Assembly (NCBI GenBank): GCA_964016885.1
Contig: OZ024754.1
Span: 6,510,001-6,574,000 of the forward strand
From: Eledone cirrhosa
Taxonomy: Eukaryota
Length of the DNA: 64,000 bases
Reading direction: 5' to 3'
The position numbers and the translations under genes were made by a program. The notes beneath the pieces are model-generated. The model was not told the DNA's origin. It ran no database searches and saw only the letters and a list, made by a program, of their open reading frames with translations. Shown one piece after another: positions 28,576 to 43,851 of this stretch (position 1 is its first letter; the number at the start of each line of letters is the position of its first letter).

Positions 28576-29264
28576 ACAGGGAGAAAGAGACGATTATGAG
28601 GAAGAAAAATATATTTTCTTCCTTTTTTGTTTCTTGAAGGAGGCAAATGGACCATTAAGCTAGTTAGTTTCAGAAGATCCCGTTAAGGGTGAAAGCAGCG
28701 ATTCTTTGCTTAAACTTGAATCTGTTATTTTAATAAATATATATATATATATATATATATGCACCATCATGCACACTCAAATGTGCATATTTACACACAC
28801 ACACAAACACACACACACATATATCCATACACACACAAACACATATTCCCTTTAGCGTTGTTTGTTTTCAATCATCTGCTATTATAGAAGACGGTCTGTG
28901 TAGTTTTATGTTTTCAACATCAGAGATTCTGTTTATACAAAAAATCTTAATTCCTTGTGTATTTCTTCTTTAAAATAAGAAACCAATTAAGGTTAACTTA
29001 TTTATAAAACCTCTCTGCTTGTATGTGTTTGTGTTTTTATTTTAATTATGTATTTTCACCAGAAGATAGAATAAGAAATAAAAGATAAAATAGAAAGAGA
29101 AAGAAAGGAAAGAAATGTTTTGAGGACAAGCACGTGTGTATTCAGTCAGTAACACACACACACACATACACACACACACACACACATATACATACGAAGC
29201 CAAAACTTCTACATGGTCGCTGAACCTGTTAGAAACAGCAACGAAATTACACTCTATTGTCTTA

Positions 29265-29748
29265 AAGCGGCACCAAATAATGGTACTATAGGCACAAGGC
29301 CAGCAATTTTGGGGAAGGGGAAAGTCGATTAAATCGACCCCAGTACGTTACTGGTACTTTATTGTATCGACCCTGAAAGGATAAAAGGCAAAGTTAACAG
29401 CGGTGGGATTTGAACTCAGATCATAAGGGGGACGTAATTCTATGCTGCAAAGCATGGCATCCAACCCTCTACCCATGCTGCCAATCCACCGCCCTAAAGC
29501 GGCAATAACTAATGGTTTCTTATATAGGCACAAGGCCAGCAAATCGGGGGAGGGGAAAGTCGTTTAAATCGACCCCAGTGCGTGACTGGTACTTTATTTT
29601 ATCGGTCCCGTAAGGATAAAAGGCAAAGTTAACGTCGGCGGGATTTGAACTCAGATCATAAGGGGGCCGTAACTCTATGCTGCAAAGCATGGCATCCGAC
29701 CCTCTACCCATACTGACAATCCGCCGCCCTAAAGCGGCAATAACTAAT
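29265..29748 (-). mobile_element. Tandem pair of long-variant SINE-A copies with shared flank
   Basis: Two ~236 bp units, each ending ccgccctaaagcggcaataactaatg. Confidence 0.85.
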
Positions 29749-30577
29749 GAAATCTTAAATACACCCTTAAAAACACAGGTTGGTCTTTATCTGAATGACA
29801 CTCTAGCAATATGTGTAGATGTGTTTGACTAAACATTTCTAGTTTCTCAGTAGCATATTTTTAGCTTCATGCCAAATTTAATGGAGGCACGGTATTCACA
29901 TTTGTTCAACCATTGCAAAAATTCGCACCCGCTTTCTAACACATTGTTACAAAAGCTCCGGAATAAATGAACGCCAAGTTGATAAGATGGCGCCTATTTT
30001 AAACCTAACTCAGCTAGTTAGCTTAGATACTAATAGCTGTCAGCTGTACACACGCGTTTCCGTTGAAGAGAAGAGTATAACCACAACACATGCAGTCAAG
30101 AAGCTTTTGATAACACATGGTGTATACATATATATACATACCTATATACATACATACATACACATGGTGTATACATACATACATACACAATACATACACA
30201 TGTATACATACATGCCTACAGTAAAAATATGTAAAACATTCCAAAAATGTTGCATCTAATAACTGCATATACACATGTACAGATACAAAGCGTATACACA
30301 TGCGCACATACAACTGAAAACATACACAGCCACACATACAGTAACATCTATATCTACACATGTATGGGGACATGCAGACATATCCACCTTGTGTCTATGT
30401 TAGAAACCGACTCTCTCTCTATTGGCAAACATTTGTGAAATTATAAAACCAGAAGAACCATACATACATACATACAAACACACATACACACATACATACG
30501 TATATACATCCATACGTACATACATCCATACATACACACATACACATGGTGTATACATACATACATACACATACACA

Positions 30578-31008
30578 CAGCTTGCTTGATGAGGAGGCTG
30601 ATATTTGGACACCCTGCGGAATGAAATACAAGACCCGGCAAAAGGCGGGGGAACTCGGCAGAGTCAACGGCCATCCAAATAGGACTTTTCTTTTTCAACT
30701 GAGAGTGAAAGGACCCCAGTTGTTGTCACAACACCTTTCTAGGAGAGGGAAACTCTGAAAAAAACCTGCGGCTTCGTAAGCATCCGATGATGTTGACCAG
30801 CTCTCCTTTTCGGGTAGTGTTTTCGATGCTCAGAGAGTGGGATGGGTCGACTGAAGGCCTTTCCCCACCTAAAAAACCTTAAAAGCACAGGCATCGTTTG
30901 TTCAGGATATGTTACAGGTTCGTGTGGCAGACCGTAGCCTAAAAGTGCACTAGTTTCTGTAATCTGACAAGCGATTGCAGCACTCTTAGCAGAGTTTACA
31001 GCCATCAT
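30578..31008 (+). mobile_element. Second subfamily of the RTE-derived non-autonomous element
   Basis: Shares gaggagg..ttgga..cctgc, gagtcaaYggccatccaaa and ctaggaga..gaaactctga with 25674-26265; ends cagccatcat; 3' fragments of this group at 20895-20990 and 23972-24014. Confidence 0.6.
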
Positions 31009-31476
31009 GCATATATATATATGTATCTATTTGTTTGTATGTTTGTATATATATATATATATACATGTATGTATGTGTGTGTATGTTTGTATATATATAT
31101 ATACATGTATGTATGTGTGTGTATGTTTGTATATATATACATGTATGTGTGTGTATGTTTGTATATATATATATACATGTATGTATGTGTGTGTATGTAT
31201 ATATATGTGTATATGTATGTATGTACATGTATGTATATATATATATACATTTATGTATGTATGTATATATATATATATATGTGTGTGTATGCATATGTAT
31301 ATATATATGTATGTATTATATACACATATGTATGCATATATATATATATGTGTGTGTATTTATGTATATATATATATGTATGCATATGTATACATGTATA
31401 TATATGTATACATGTATATATATATGTGTGTATGTATATGTATATATATATATATATACACGTATGTATGCGTGTG

Positions 31477-31526
<50 letters not shown>

Positions 31527-31886
31527 TATGTATGTATATATGTATGTAGGTGGTAACTATATTTACGAAGCCAAATGTAAATATTTTTATAGGCAACCTC
31601 ACATGAAACGACTCACTACCTCCATAAGAGCTACTATCCTACGACCATATAAATATTTAGGAAAACAGATTTCTCAACATTCAACAGGCTTTACAAGAGA
31701 ACCTTCAGGCATGCTTGTGTAATCCAAACAGCGAAAGCCACGCATTCATTGATACAAGCAAACGTACACACGTACACACATATACTCGTACAAATGGGCA
31801 AACTACAAATGTACATACGGACACATGGGAAAACTTTCACACGTACACACCTACACGTGTACGCATCTACACCCGGACGTAAACCG

Positions 31887-31948
<62 letters not shown>

Positions 31949-32036
31949 ATACATACATAAATAGATAGAAACAAACATATACTTTTATATACATACATAT
32001 ATTCATATATAATATCAATCTCTCTTTCTCTCTCTG

Positions 32037-32090
<54 letters not shown>

Positions 32091-32105
32091 AACAAATTCA
32101 GAAAC

Positions 32106-32136
<31 letters not shown>

Positions 32137-32139
<3 letters not shown>

Positions 32140-32385
32140 GGAAAAATTTGAACAGGAACAAAACAGAGAGGCAGTACAACGAATGTTTATTAATTTCACG
32201 CTCTGGAGAGTGCGGTGGTGGTGGGGAACGACGTTTCGGGCATAAGCCCTTCCTCAGGTGAGAAGTGTGTGGGATCAGAGTTCAAAGGGTGTGTAGAGGA
32301 GTGGTTGAGAGACATATAGCGAAAGGAAACGGTGCGAATGAAATTAAAAATAAAAATAAAAATAAAGGATGATCAAAATACAAGG
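32137..32385 (-). mobile_element. Family F element with hammerhead core at 32226-32260(-)
   Basis: Minus strand CTGAGGA-a-gggc(ttat)gccc-GAAAC-GTC; near-identical to 54860-55128; (TA)n flanks. Confidence 0.75.
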
Positions 32386-32386
32386 A

Positions 32387-32440
<54 letters not shown>

Positions 32441-32480
32441 TATAAATATTAATAAAATAGATGTTCTTTTGATCAATTAC

Positions 32481-32533
32481 ATTTTATTATACATATTTCG
32501 GATGTACAACAGTACGTCCTCATCAGACAAAAT
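32481..32533 (-). ncRNA. Type I hammerhead ribozyme (TATTTTAT class)
   Basis: attttgt-CTGATGA-ggacgtac(tgtt)gtacatcc-GAAA-tatgta-TA-ataaaat. Confidence 0.82.
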
Positions 32534-32887
32534 ATAATGATACATGACATACCCTGAGATGTTAAATGGTTAAGATTTAATCAAGGTAGTATTTTATTAA
32601 TATTTATATTCTAATATTAATAACTCCGGAAAATTATTTTTCGTAGAGTGCTTTCAATCTACTGTAAAACTCATTCTTTGACATAATCATTGAATATCGT
32701 TTAACACTTTAATATATATATATATATATATATATACAAATTTTTGTACAGAATCAACGAAGCTTTTGGTGGCGGCCAAGCTAACGAATGCAGATTCGGA
32801 ATGCAGCTTAGCACTCGATGAAGAATATTACCCCAGAGTTATAGTTATAACAATACGTTTAGACAGCTTTGCAAATCAAATAAAGCG

Positions 32888-32947
<60 letters not shown>

Positions 32948-33058
32948 AATAGCTAATTTTTGCTGGAGCGGCAATCGCTCTGTATAATCAGCTCCTGATT
33001 ATTACTGGAATTCTATAAGAATCCAGCTTCTATAATCTTCGGCGAAAGCAGGGAGTAC

Positions 33059-33099
33059 GTTGCTGATGATCGCCAACCAGCGTGAAACAGACTGTTAGC
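33059..33099 (+). ncRNA. Hammerhead motif (family H, C3-G8 form)
   Basis: CTGATGA-tcgc(caacca)gcgt-GAAAC-agact-GTT; weak stem I; flanks 33005-33212 are homologous to 49695-49903(-). Confidence 0.65.
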
Positions 33100-33241
33100 T
33101 TATCTCCTTTCTGTCGCCGGAGAAAAGAAGCGACATAGTCACTACTTTAAAACTGATAGCGTATGGTCTTCAAAATGTTTTTTTATTAAGAATACGGTAT
33201 ATTGGCAAATATATTATACATACATTCACATTTATATATAG

Positions 33242-33281
<40 letters not shown>

Positions 33282-33500
33282 ACGCACCCACACACATGCT
33301 GATCACAGAACGACATTGAGCTTGAAACTTTGATGGCATAACTTTATATATACACACACACACACACACACACGAACATAGCGATATACAAATATGTATT
33401 TGAATTTCGCATATATATACATATATATAATTGTATATTCCACAATTGGTTTCTACATTTCATTCTATGCATATTTGTTCTCACCACATAACTCCACGTA

Positions 33501-33680
33501 CGATTTTAGACTCCAGATATCAGCTGAAAGTGACGTCATATTCCTTCTTAGAGGGTAACGAAAAGAATGGGTGTGCATGTAAAGACTGTGCTTGAATCTA
33601 TTGGCGGTTAACCCTATGTAGGCCCTACGGGACGTGGGTTCTTTCAACCTTACATTTGTAGACAATGTTACTAGAGAGGC

Positions 33681-33686
<6 letters not shown>
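33501..33686 (-). pseudogene. GIY-YIG endonuclease relic of a Penelope-like element
   Basis: IYASLVT...[40 protein letters not shown] matches the PLE pattern YIGxTxxxFKxRxxxHxxSF...TxLSxxIWxLK; the catalytic Arg position is Ser. Confidence 0.72.
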
Positions 33687-34976
<1,290 letters not shown>

Positions 34977-35667
34977 GGGGTTATCAGCTCAGGGGAACAC
35001 ATTTAGTCCTCTTAAAATAACACAAAGTGTAAAAATGTTTTATTTAAACAGTGAGTCGAACAAAAGATGCCTTGTTTCGTTGGAGAACACGCCAGGAACA
35101 GACACACACACACAGGCACACACACATCAAGGTACACACACAGGCACACACACACATCAAGGGACACACACACACACACACAAACACATATACACGTGCA
35201 CATACATGCACACAGACATCAAGGCACACACATATATATATACATGCACACACACACAAACACACACACATACACAAACATATACACATTATATAAAATA
35301 GTGACATATTATACACATTGCTATCATTATACACCCGCCCATTTATATATTAGGTGCGTTTATATATACTAGTAGATACCAGACGATATTCAAACACACT
35401 TTCACATAAATATAAACTTAGACATATACATACATGCACATATATGTGCATACTTAACATGGACACACATAGATATATTATCAAGCACAATATTTTGTTT
35501 ATGTATATACACACACAGACACACACACACACATACAGAGAGAGAGAGAGAGGGAGAGAGAGAGAGAGAGAGAGGGGGGAAGAGAGAGAGAGAGACACAC
35601 ATATATATATATATGCATGCATATACATTCATACAGAAATACAAGCATACATATGTATTCACACTAG

Positions 35668-35749
<82 letters not shown>

Positions 35750-35885
35750 TATATATATGTTTAGTCATTCATTCATACATGAATATGCACATACATCATA
35801 CATGCACATATACATACACAAACACACACACAAGCACACATATATATACACACACAAACACACACACACACATATATATATATAA

Positions 35886-35968
<83 letters not shown>

Positions 35969-36112
35969 GTTTCAACAAGTGAACTCTTCAGCGTTGTTAT
36001 CATCACAGTTCCAATTCCAAAGATGGGCCATTGTTTCTAAGAGACCAGCTCCTTATTTTATGGAAGAAATCCAAATAATTAAAGAAGATAACACGACCTC
36101 ACTCACACACAC

Positions 36113-36167
<55 letters not shown>

Positions 36168-36168
36168 C

Positions 36169-36206
<38 letters not shown>

Positions 36207-36239
36207 CATATATATATATATATATTTATATATACAGAC

Positions 36240-36281
<42 letters not shown>

Positions 36282-36328
36282 CATTATATATATATATATA
36301 TATATATATACAGACATATATATATATA

Positions 36329-36376
<48 letters not shown>

Positions 36377-36424
36377 CAGACATATATATATATACAGACA
36401 TATATATATATATATATGTATATA

Positions 36425-36483
<59 letters not shown>

Positions 36484-36520
36484 ATATATATATATATGTA
36501 TATATGTATATATGTGTGTG

Positions 36521-36555
<35 letters not shown>

Positions 36556-36607
36556 TATTAATATTGACTATTGACATTTTACGTCGAGTTTTTTTACCAC
36601 CTACCGG

Positions 36608-36696
<89 letters not shown>

Positions 36697-36709
36697 TTAT
36701 ATATATATT

Positions 36710-36740
<31 letters not shown>

Positions 36741-36741
36741 T

Positions 36742-36772
<31 letters not shown>

Positions 36773-36773
36773 T

Positions 36774-36804
<31 letters not shown>

Positions 36805-36818
36805 TATATATTTATATT

Positions 36819-36849
<31 letters not shown>

Positions 36850-36858
36850 TTATATATA

Positions 36859-36909
<51 letters not shown>

Positions 36910-36922
36910 TTATATATATATT

Positions 36923-36953
<31 letters not shown>

Positions 36954-36955
36954 GA

Positions 36956-36987
<32 letters not shown>

Positions 36988-36994
36988 CTCACAC

Positions 36995-37138
36995 ACTTAG
37001 CTGTAGAAATGAGTTGCGACGTCACTGGTGCCAAGCTGTATCGGCCATTGACAATATTGGTGCTGTGGAGAGGAGAGACTGATATGCATGGACGACTGCT
37101 GGTCTTCAGCAAACACCCTAACCCGGATTTGTGCCTCT
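36995..37138 (+). mobile_element. CORE-like SINE body fragment
   Basis: Begins cttagctgtagaaatgag, as at 12494-12512. Confidence 0.5.
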
Positions 37139-37227
37139 CCTTTGTTCTGTCCTACGCCATCTTGGAAAAACAAGATGGCGTAGGACAGAACAAAGGAGAG
37201 GCACAAAAACAAAGAAAAGAATCCCCA

Positions 37228-37270
37228 GTCACTGAAGATGTCACAGAATGTGTGACGAAAGAACTTTGAC
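37228..37270 (+). ncRNA. Minimal type I hammerhead ribozyme
   Basis: gtca-CTGAAGA-t-gtcaca(gaatg)tgtgac-GAAA-gaa-CTT-tgac. Confidence 0.8.
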
Positions 37271-37478
37271 AATATATAAACAATCACCTGGTTGTGGAAC
37301 CAACCAACCAACCGGAAATTTATAAATTCCTAAATTTATGAATTTATTATAATAAATTGAAGTGAAAGTAACTGGTGCGTGTGTTTCTTATTGGCAACAT
37401 GACCCTCCCAAAGTATAACAATATCGGTTTCAACACACGTTTTCAGATAAAGAATCTTGCTAAACAAATTCAGAAACG

Positions 37479-37526
<48 letters not shown>

Positions 37527-37872
37527 GAGAGGTATAGAGATTGTTTTAGCAAGAAGCTAACGGCATTCTATAACATATATGCGACTATAACGTCAAGATG
37601 GGAAAAGTAGTTAACGAAAGATTTAGGAAAAATAACTCAAACTCATCTCAAAAGAGAATCAGGATATAAATTCATCCACAGAATTTAGTAAAATCCAGGG
37701 AAAAATCTATAGACCTTTAACTCATGATATATATATATATATATATGTAGGAGGTGAGTTTTATTGTAGTACAATAAAGCAATGCAGATATCGGATAAGT
37801 AGCACTCTACGGTTTGTAGGACTGGAGTATACATAATATATAAGATCAAAAGATGGTTAAATGAGTTCCATG

Positions 37873-37943
37873 TATTTTATTATGCGCATTTCAAAAACAA
37901 ATATCATCATGCAATAACATTTGTGTTTTCATCAGATAAAATA
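37873..37943 (-). ncRNA. Type I hammerhead ribozyme (family D)
   Basis: Minus strand tattttat-CTGATGA-stem II-GAAA-tgcgca-TA-ataaaata. Confidence 0.85.
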
Positions 37944-38868
37944 GGAGGACATGATATGAAGGTTAAATATATATATATATATATAATAGAATATAAAAGA
38001 AAAACGAACACAGATATATACATATATGTGTCCAAATCGTAAGGGACCTGATTCGCTAAGGTGAAGAGAATACTAACTATAGACAATAGGGTTTGCCTGT
38101 CTCAATTTAAGAAAGAATTAAGAAAATAAATACAAACCGGAATCGTGGTAACATATATGTATATATCTGTCCTAAATTTATAAATTTATTATAATAAATT
38201 GAAGTGAAAGTAACTGGTGCGTGTGTTTCTTATTGGCAACATGACCCTCCCAAAGTATAACAATATCGGTTTCAACACACGTTTTCAGATAAAGAATCTT
38301 GCTAAACAAATTCAGAAACGAAATATATATATAAATATATGTAGGAGGTGAGTTTTATTGTAGTACAATAAAGGAGGTGTTTATTTTTCTTTTATATTCT
38401 ATTATAATATAGGGCTCAGAAATATCTCTTTCTTAGAGCTATTTTGTTGTGAGAGACTATTTTGAGTTCGTAACTCAATATATACCTTTGTATATATATA
38501 TCTTACAGCTTGCATATTTGAATATATGTATATGACGAAAGGCTTCTCCGTACGTTTCTTCGGAAAGTATGTTTATTCCCTTTCAGAAACTAATTAGTTG
38601 GAGTGAAATTTTAGTAAGTAAGTTAATTTTATAATTTTCTTATTTTACGTCTCTCATTATTATTATTATTCTGCATCCCCATGCATTGAACCACAAAGTT
38701 ACTAAGACAAAACCTATATATTTGCTAGCATAAGTATGCATCTGTGTATATATATGTTACTAGATATATTAATTCTTTATATATATATATAAACCAACTT
38801 TTTTAAATGGAAGTTGATCAATATTTTTATGGTACGTCAAATTTATTTATAAAACTGCTTATATATTG

Positions 38869-38934
38869 TATTTTATCTGAAGAAGGCATGCCATATTTTT
38901 AATATGGTATCCCTGAAATATGTATAATGAAATA
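38869..38934 (+). ncRNA. Type I hammerhead ribozyme (TATTTTAT class)
   Basis: tattttat-CTGAAGA-aggcatgccatatt(ttt)aatatggtatccct-GAAA-tatgta-TA-atgaaata. Confidence 0.82.
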
Positions 38935-38974
38935 GATATGGTTTTATAAATATAGTTTCCATTTGTTTAATATC

Positions 38975-39018
<44 letters not shown>

Positions 39019-39302
39019 TTTGTTTATATTTTAACATTCTAGCGATATTCTAAGATATGACCGCTAAATTAACAGAAACAAGTGGCAATATCCATGCTCG
39101 TGTGAAGGTAGTAGGGGTTCAATCCTCACAAGGGATTCTGTTCATTTCTGCCCCTGCCTAGTGTATGTATACCCTTGTTAAACTATATTATAGTTGATAT
39201 GAGTTTGGGTCAAGAAAAAACTTACTCTTAAATTTCTATCATACTACGTGAACTTGAAGCCTTTCGTTGTTTACAGTCATTCATATATATATATATATAT
39301 TA

Positions 39303-39341
<39 letters not shown>

Positions 39342-39555
39342 GAAGGCGTGTGGCTGAGTGGTTAGAGTATTGGATTCACAATCGTGAGGTTGTGAGTTCG
39401 ATTCCTGAACCAGGCGATGCGTTATGTCCTTGAGCAAGACACTTTATTTCACGTTGCTCCTTCTACCTGGAGTTGCGACCGATAGATAGTATTAGCAATT
39501 GGAAAGACCAACGGAAACATAGTTTCCTCGGTCCGATTTGACGAAAGTCGATCGA
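39342..39555 (+). mobile_element. SINE-C, full-length (tRNA head, CORE-like domain, unique tail)
   Basis: ggcgtgtggctgagtggttagag...gagttcgattcc...gtccttgagcaagacacttt; three similar copies in the window. Confidence 0.85.
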
Positions 39556-39862
39556 CTAGAATATATATATATATATATATAAATATATATACACACACAC
39601 ATATTCTGTCTAAGTGTGTGTGTGTGTATATATATATATATTTATATATGTGTATGTCTAAGTGTGTTTAAATATATATACACACACTCAGACACACACA
39701 CACATATATATATATGTATATATACATGCATATATATAAATATATATTAATAAGAGGAATTCCAACTTTGTCTGATTTACTCGTTTTATTTACAATCCTT
39801 TAAAATATATAATGGTATTATAATGAAATAGTATGATAGAATATTAAATTCTAAGTGTTAAT

Positions 39863-39901
39863 TGAACAAGTACTTTCATGCTTTCGCAATCTTCAGGTTC
39901 A
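39863..39901 (-). ncRNA. Minimal type I hammerhead ribozyme with GNRA-capped stem II
   Basis: tgaac-CTGAAGA-t-tgc(gaaa)gca-t-GAAA-gta-CTT-gttca. Confidence 0.82.
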
Positions 39902-40155
39902 TAATATGTGGTGACAGTCGAGTTTGCAATTTTCAATAATTTTTACAATAATTTTTATATGTATAAATATATATATACATATAAATAAATATATACATAA
40001 ATATATACATACATATAAATATATACATAAATACATATAAATGTATACATAAATACATATAAATGTATACATAAATATATATAAATATATATGTGTGTGT
40101 GTGCATATAAATAAAAAAAGGGGCACACACATGACAAAAACAACGGAAATATGTC

Positions 40156-40207
<52 letters not shown>

Positions 40208-40476
40208 ACCTGTTAGTCCATGTGGCGATGAGCAGTCAGTTTGATCGATCAACTGAAATTCTGTCAAGATAAAATATCATGTAAGCGGTCTCGTATTCGG
40301 TAACCACGTGTGCCCTTAAAATAAATCTCACGCCGATTCCCCTTGAACAGAGAAAGAGGTGACACAGATTTCATCCACCCACATTTTAGTTACAAGTCCT
40401 AGGTACACCCGAAACCATCGTAAAATGACACTTTCTACAGCTGGGACACACTAGGGTTGATCCTGTGTACTTTTGA

Positions 40477-40509
<33 letters not shown>

Positions 40510-40512
<3 letters not shown>

Positions 40513-40890
40513 CTTCCCCTTCCGCGGTGGCAAACCCCTCGTCTGGGGTGCCACTTGGACCCACACTTTCTGCAGCCGCAACCTGGTGCAGTCTGCGACT
40601 GACCCAGGTTCTGCTGCACGTCGGGCTGAGGGGGGCCAAACTCCTCAAATACAGGTCGCTCTCCGACAGGTTTGCGGTCGTACCCTTGGCAGTGGAGACT
40701 TCTGGTTGTCCTCGGCCCCAGGGCTACATCCTTACTCACCACCATAGGCGCTGAGCTGGCCAGCCGCAGGTGTGAGCCCCGCGAGTTGGAGTGGCTTTTC
40801 CAGCGCGTCTCCCTTGCCGTCCTCCGGGGAAACGCCTTCTCCATTCTGTCCGCCGGGGCTGTGGGTGGGCCCCATCGCGTACCGTTGTAG
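40510..40890 (+). mobile_element. CRE-like non-LTR retrotransposon RLE-domain fragment, frameshifted
   Basis: Across three frames: PFRGGKPLVWGATWTHTF..GSAARRAE/AKLLKYRSL..VPLAVETSG/LGPRA..IG..EPRELEWLFQRVSLAVLRGNAFSIL, the CRE-clade C-terminal signature. Confidence 0.8.
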
Positions 40891-40951
40891 TTGTTGTAGA
40901 AGAAACAGGGAGACAACAACTGGAAAGATTGATTTTCTACTTTATCATTTA

Positions 40952-41085
<134 letters not shown>

Positions 41086-41329
41086 GTGTGTATGTAAAAG
41101 ATAAACAGATAAGTTTATCCCGAGTTCAATCGGGGGTAACCACTGTGAGTAAGGTACTCAATACAAAGCAGGGTATAAATATTTAATATAGAAAAGGCTT
41201 CTACAGGAGTAGAACTGCTTCATTCGGGAGAAATCATCATTTCTCATGAATGAAACAGTATTAGTGCTGTAGAAGCCTTTTTCTATATTAAATATATATA
41301 TATATATATATACTATATATATAAACTTA

Positions 41330-41374
<45 letters not shown>

Positions 41375-41416
41375 GTGTGCATGTATGTTTATATATATGT
41401 ATATATATATATATAT

Positions 41417-41491
<75 letters not shown>

Positions 41492-41579
41492 GTGGTTTAA
41501 CAACAAATGCTCTACTTACAGTGTATAGGTCGGGAATCCCACATTCGTTTAGCTGTTAAGTCCGATAGTAGAACACTGT

Positions 41580-42688
41580 AGTAGCTGTTGTTGTTGTTGT
41601 TGTAGCTATTGTTGTTGTAGTTAATGGTGTTGTCAGTGGTGTTGTTGTTGTTGTTGGTGTGGTCGGTGTTGTTGTTGTTGTTGGTGTAGTCAGTGTTGTT
41701 GTTGTTGTTGGTGTAGTCAGTGTTGTTGTTGTTGTTATTGTTGTTGGTGTAGTCAGTGTTGTAGTATTTGTTGGTGTTGATTCTGCAAGTTTTTATTGTT
41801 GTTGATTTTTGTTGAAGACGATCATGATGATGATGATGGTGATGGTGGTGGTTGTGATGGTGGTGGTGGTGTTGCTGATGTTGTTGGAGTGGTGGTGGTG
41901 GTGGTGATGAGGATGGTGGTGGTGGTAGTAGTGGTGGTGGTGGTGGTAGTAGTGGTGGTGGTGGTAGTAGTGGTGGTGGTGGTGGTAGTAGTGGTGGTGG
42001 TGGTAGTAGTGGTGGTGATGTTGTTGCTGATGTTGTTGGAGTGGGGGTGGTGGTGGTAGTAGTGGTGATGCTGATGTTGCTGTGGAGGTGGTGGTGGTGG
42101 TAGTGGTGATGTTGTTGCAGTTGTTGCAGTTATGGTGATATTGTTGATGTCGATGTTATTGGCATTGATGTTGAAGCTATTGTTGTTGTTACAGTGGTGG
42201 TGGTAGTGGTGGTGGTGGTAGTAGTGGTAGTGGTGATGGTGGTGGTAGTAGTAGTGGTGGTGGTGGTGGTGGTGGTGGTGGTGGTGGTGGTGGTGGTGGT
42301 AGTAGTGGTAGTGGTGGTGGTGGTGGTGGTGGTAGTGGTGGTAGTGGTGGTGGTGGTAGTAGTGGTAGTGGTGGTGGTGGTGGTGGTGGTGGTAGTGGTG
42401 GTAGTGGTGGTGGTGGTAGTAGTGGTAGTGGTGGTGGTGGTAGTAGTAGTAGTGGTGGTGGTGGTAGTGGTGGTAGTAGTGGTAGTGGTGGCAGTAGTGG
42501 TAGTGGTGGTGGTGGTGGTAGTAGTGGTGGTGGTGGTGGTGGTGGTAGTAGTAGTAGTAGTGGTGGTGGTGGTAGTAGTGGTGGTGGTGGTGGTGGTAGT
42601 AGTGGTAGTAGTGGTGGTGGTGGTGGTGGTAGTAGTAGTAGTGGTGGTGGTGGTAGTAGTAGTAGTGGTGGTAGTAGTGGTAGTAGTG

Positions 42689-42738
<50 letters not shown>

Positions 42739-43604
42739 GGTGGTGGTGGTGGTGGTAGTAGTAGTAGTGGTAGTAGTAGTAGTGGTGGTAGTAGTAGCAG
42801 TAGTAGTGGTGGTAGTAGTAGTAGTAGTAGTGGTAGTAGTAGTAGTGGTGGTAGTAGTAGTAGTAGTAGTAGTGGTAGTGGTGATGGCAATGACGATAGT
42901 GACTGCTGCTGCTGCTGTGTTTGTTACAGGTGCACGTGATACAGTCGATGATGCTCACTCACTATAAACTCTAGATTCCTGTTTATACAGAACGCGGTGC
43001 TGTTGCCGCTATTCCTGCTGTTGTTGTTGTTGTTGTTGTAGCTATTATATTAGTAGTGTCAATGTTGTTGTTAATGTTGTTATTGTTTGTGATAGTGTTG
43101 TTGTTGCTGTTGTTGTTGTCGTAGTTATAGCTATTATAGTTGTTGTTAATGTTGTTATTGCTTGTGATAGTGTTGTTGTTGTTGTTGCTGTTGTTGATAT
43201 TGTTGTTGCTGTTGTTGTTGTCGTAGTTATAGCTATTATAGTTGTTGTTGTTATTAGTAGTGTCAATGTTGTTGTTAATGTTGTTGTTATTTGTGATAGT
43301 GTTGCTGTTGTTGTTGTCGTAGTTATAGCTATTATAGTTGTTGTTGTTAATGTTGTTATTGTTTGTGATAGTGTTGCTGTTGTTGTTGTTGTTGTTGTCG
43401 CCGCCGCCGAGGTTAACTTTGCCTTTCATCCTTACGGGGATCGATAAATAAAGTACCAGTAATGCACTGGGGTAATTTGCTGGCCTTGTGCCAAAAGTAG
43501 ACACAATTATTATCAGTAGAATCAATGTTGTTGTTACGGTTGTTATTGTTTGTGATAGTGTTGTTGTTGCTGCTGTTGTTGTTGCTGTTGTTGCTGCTGC
43601 TGTT

Positions 43605-43656
<52 letters not shown>

Positions 43657-43741
43657 CGGTAGGAAAGTGTTGGAAGCGAACACATTCATATTGCTAGTAT
43701 GGCTTTCGCTTTCTACTTTCTGACTTTTCTTAAAACAGTAA

Positions 43742-43776
<35 letters not shown>

Positions 43777-43790
43777 GCAACAGTAGCAGC

Positions 43791-43851
<61 letters not shown>

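Noticed and set aside
39342-39415. tRNA gene-like sequences (also 11696, 12369, 49195)
   Set aside because: They continue directly into SINE core and tail sequence, so they are SINE heads rather than tRNA genes
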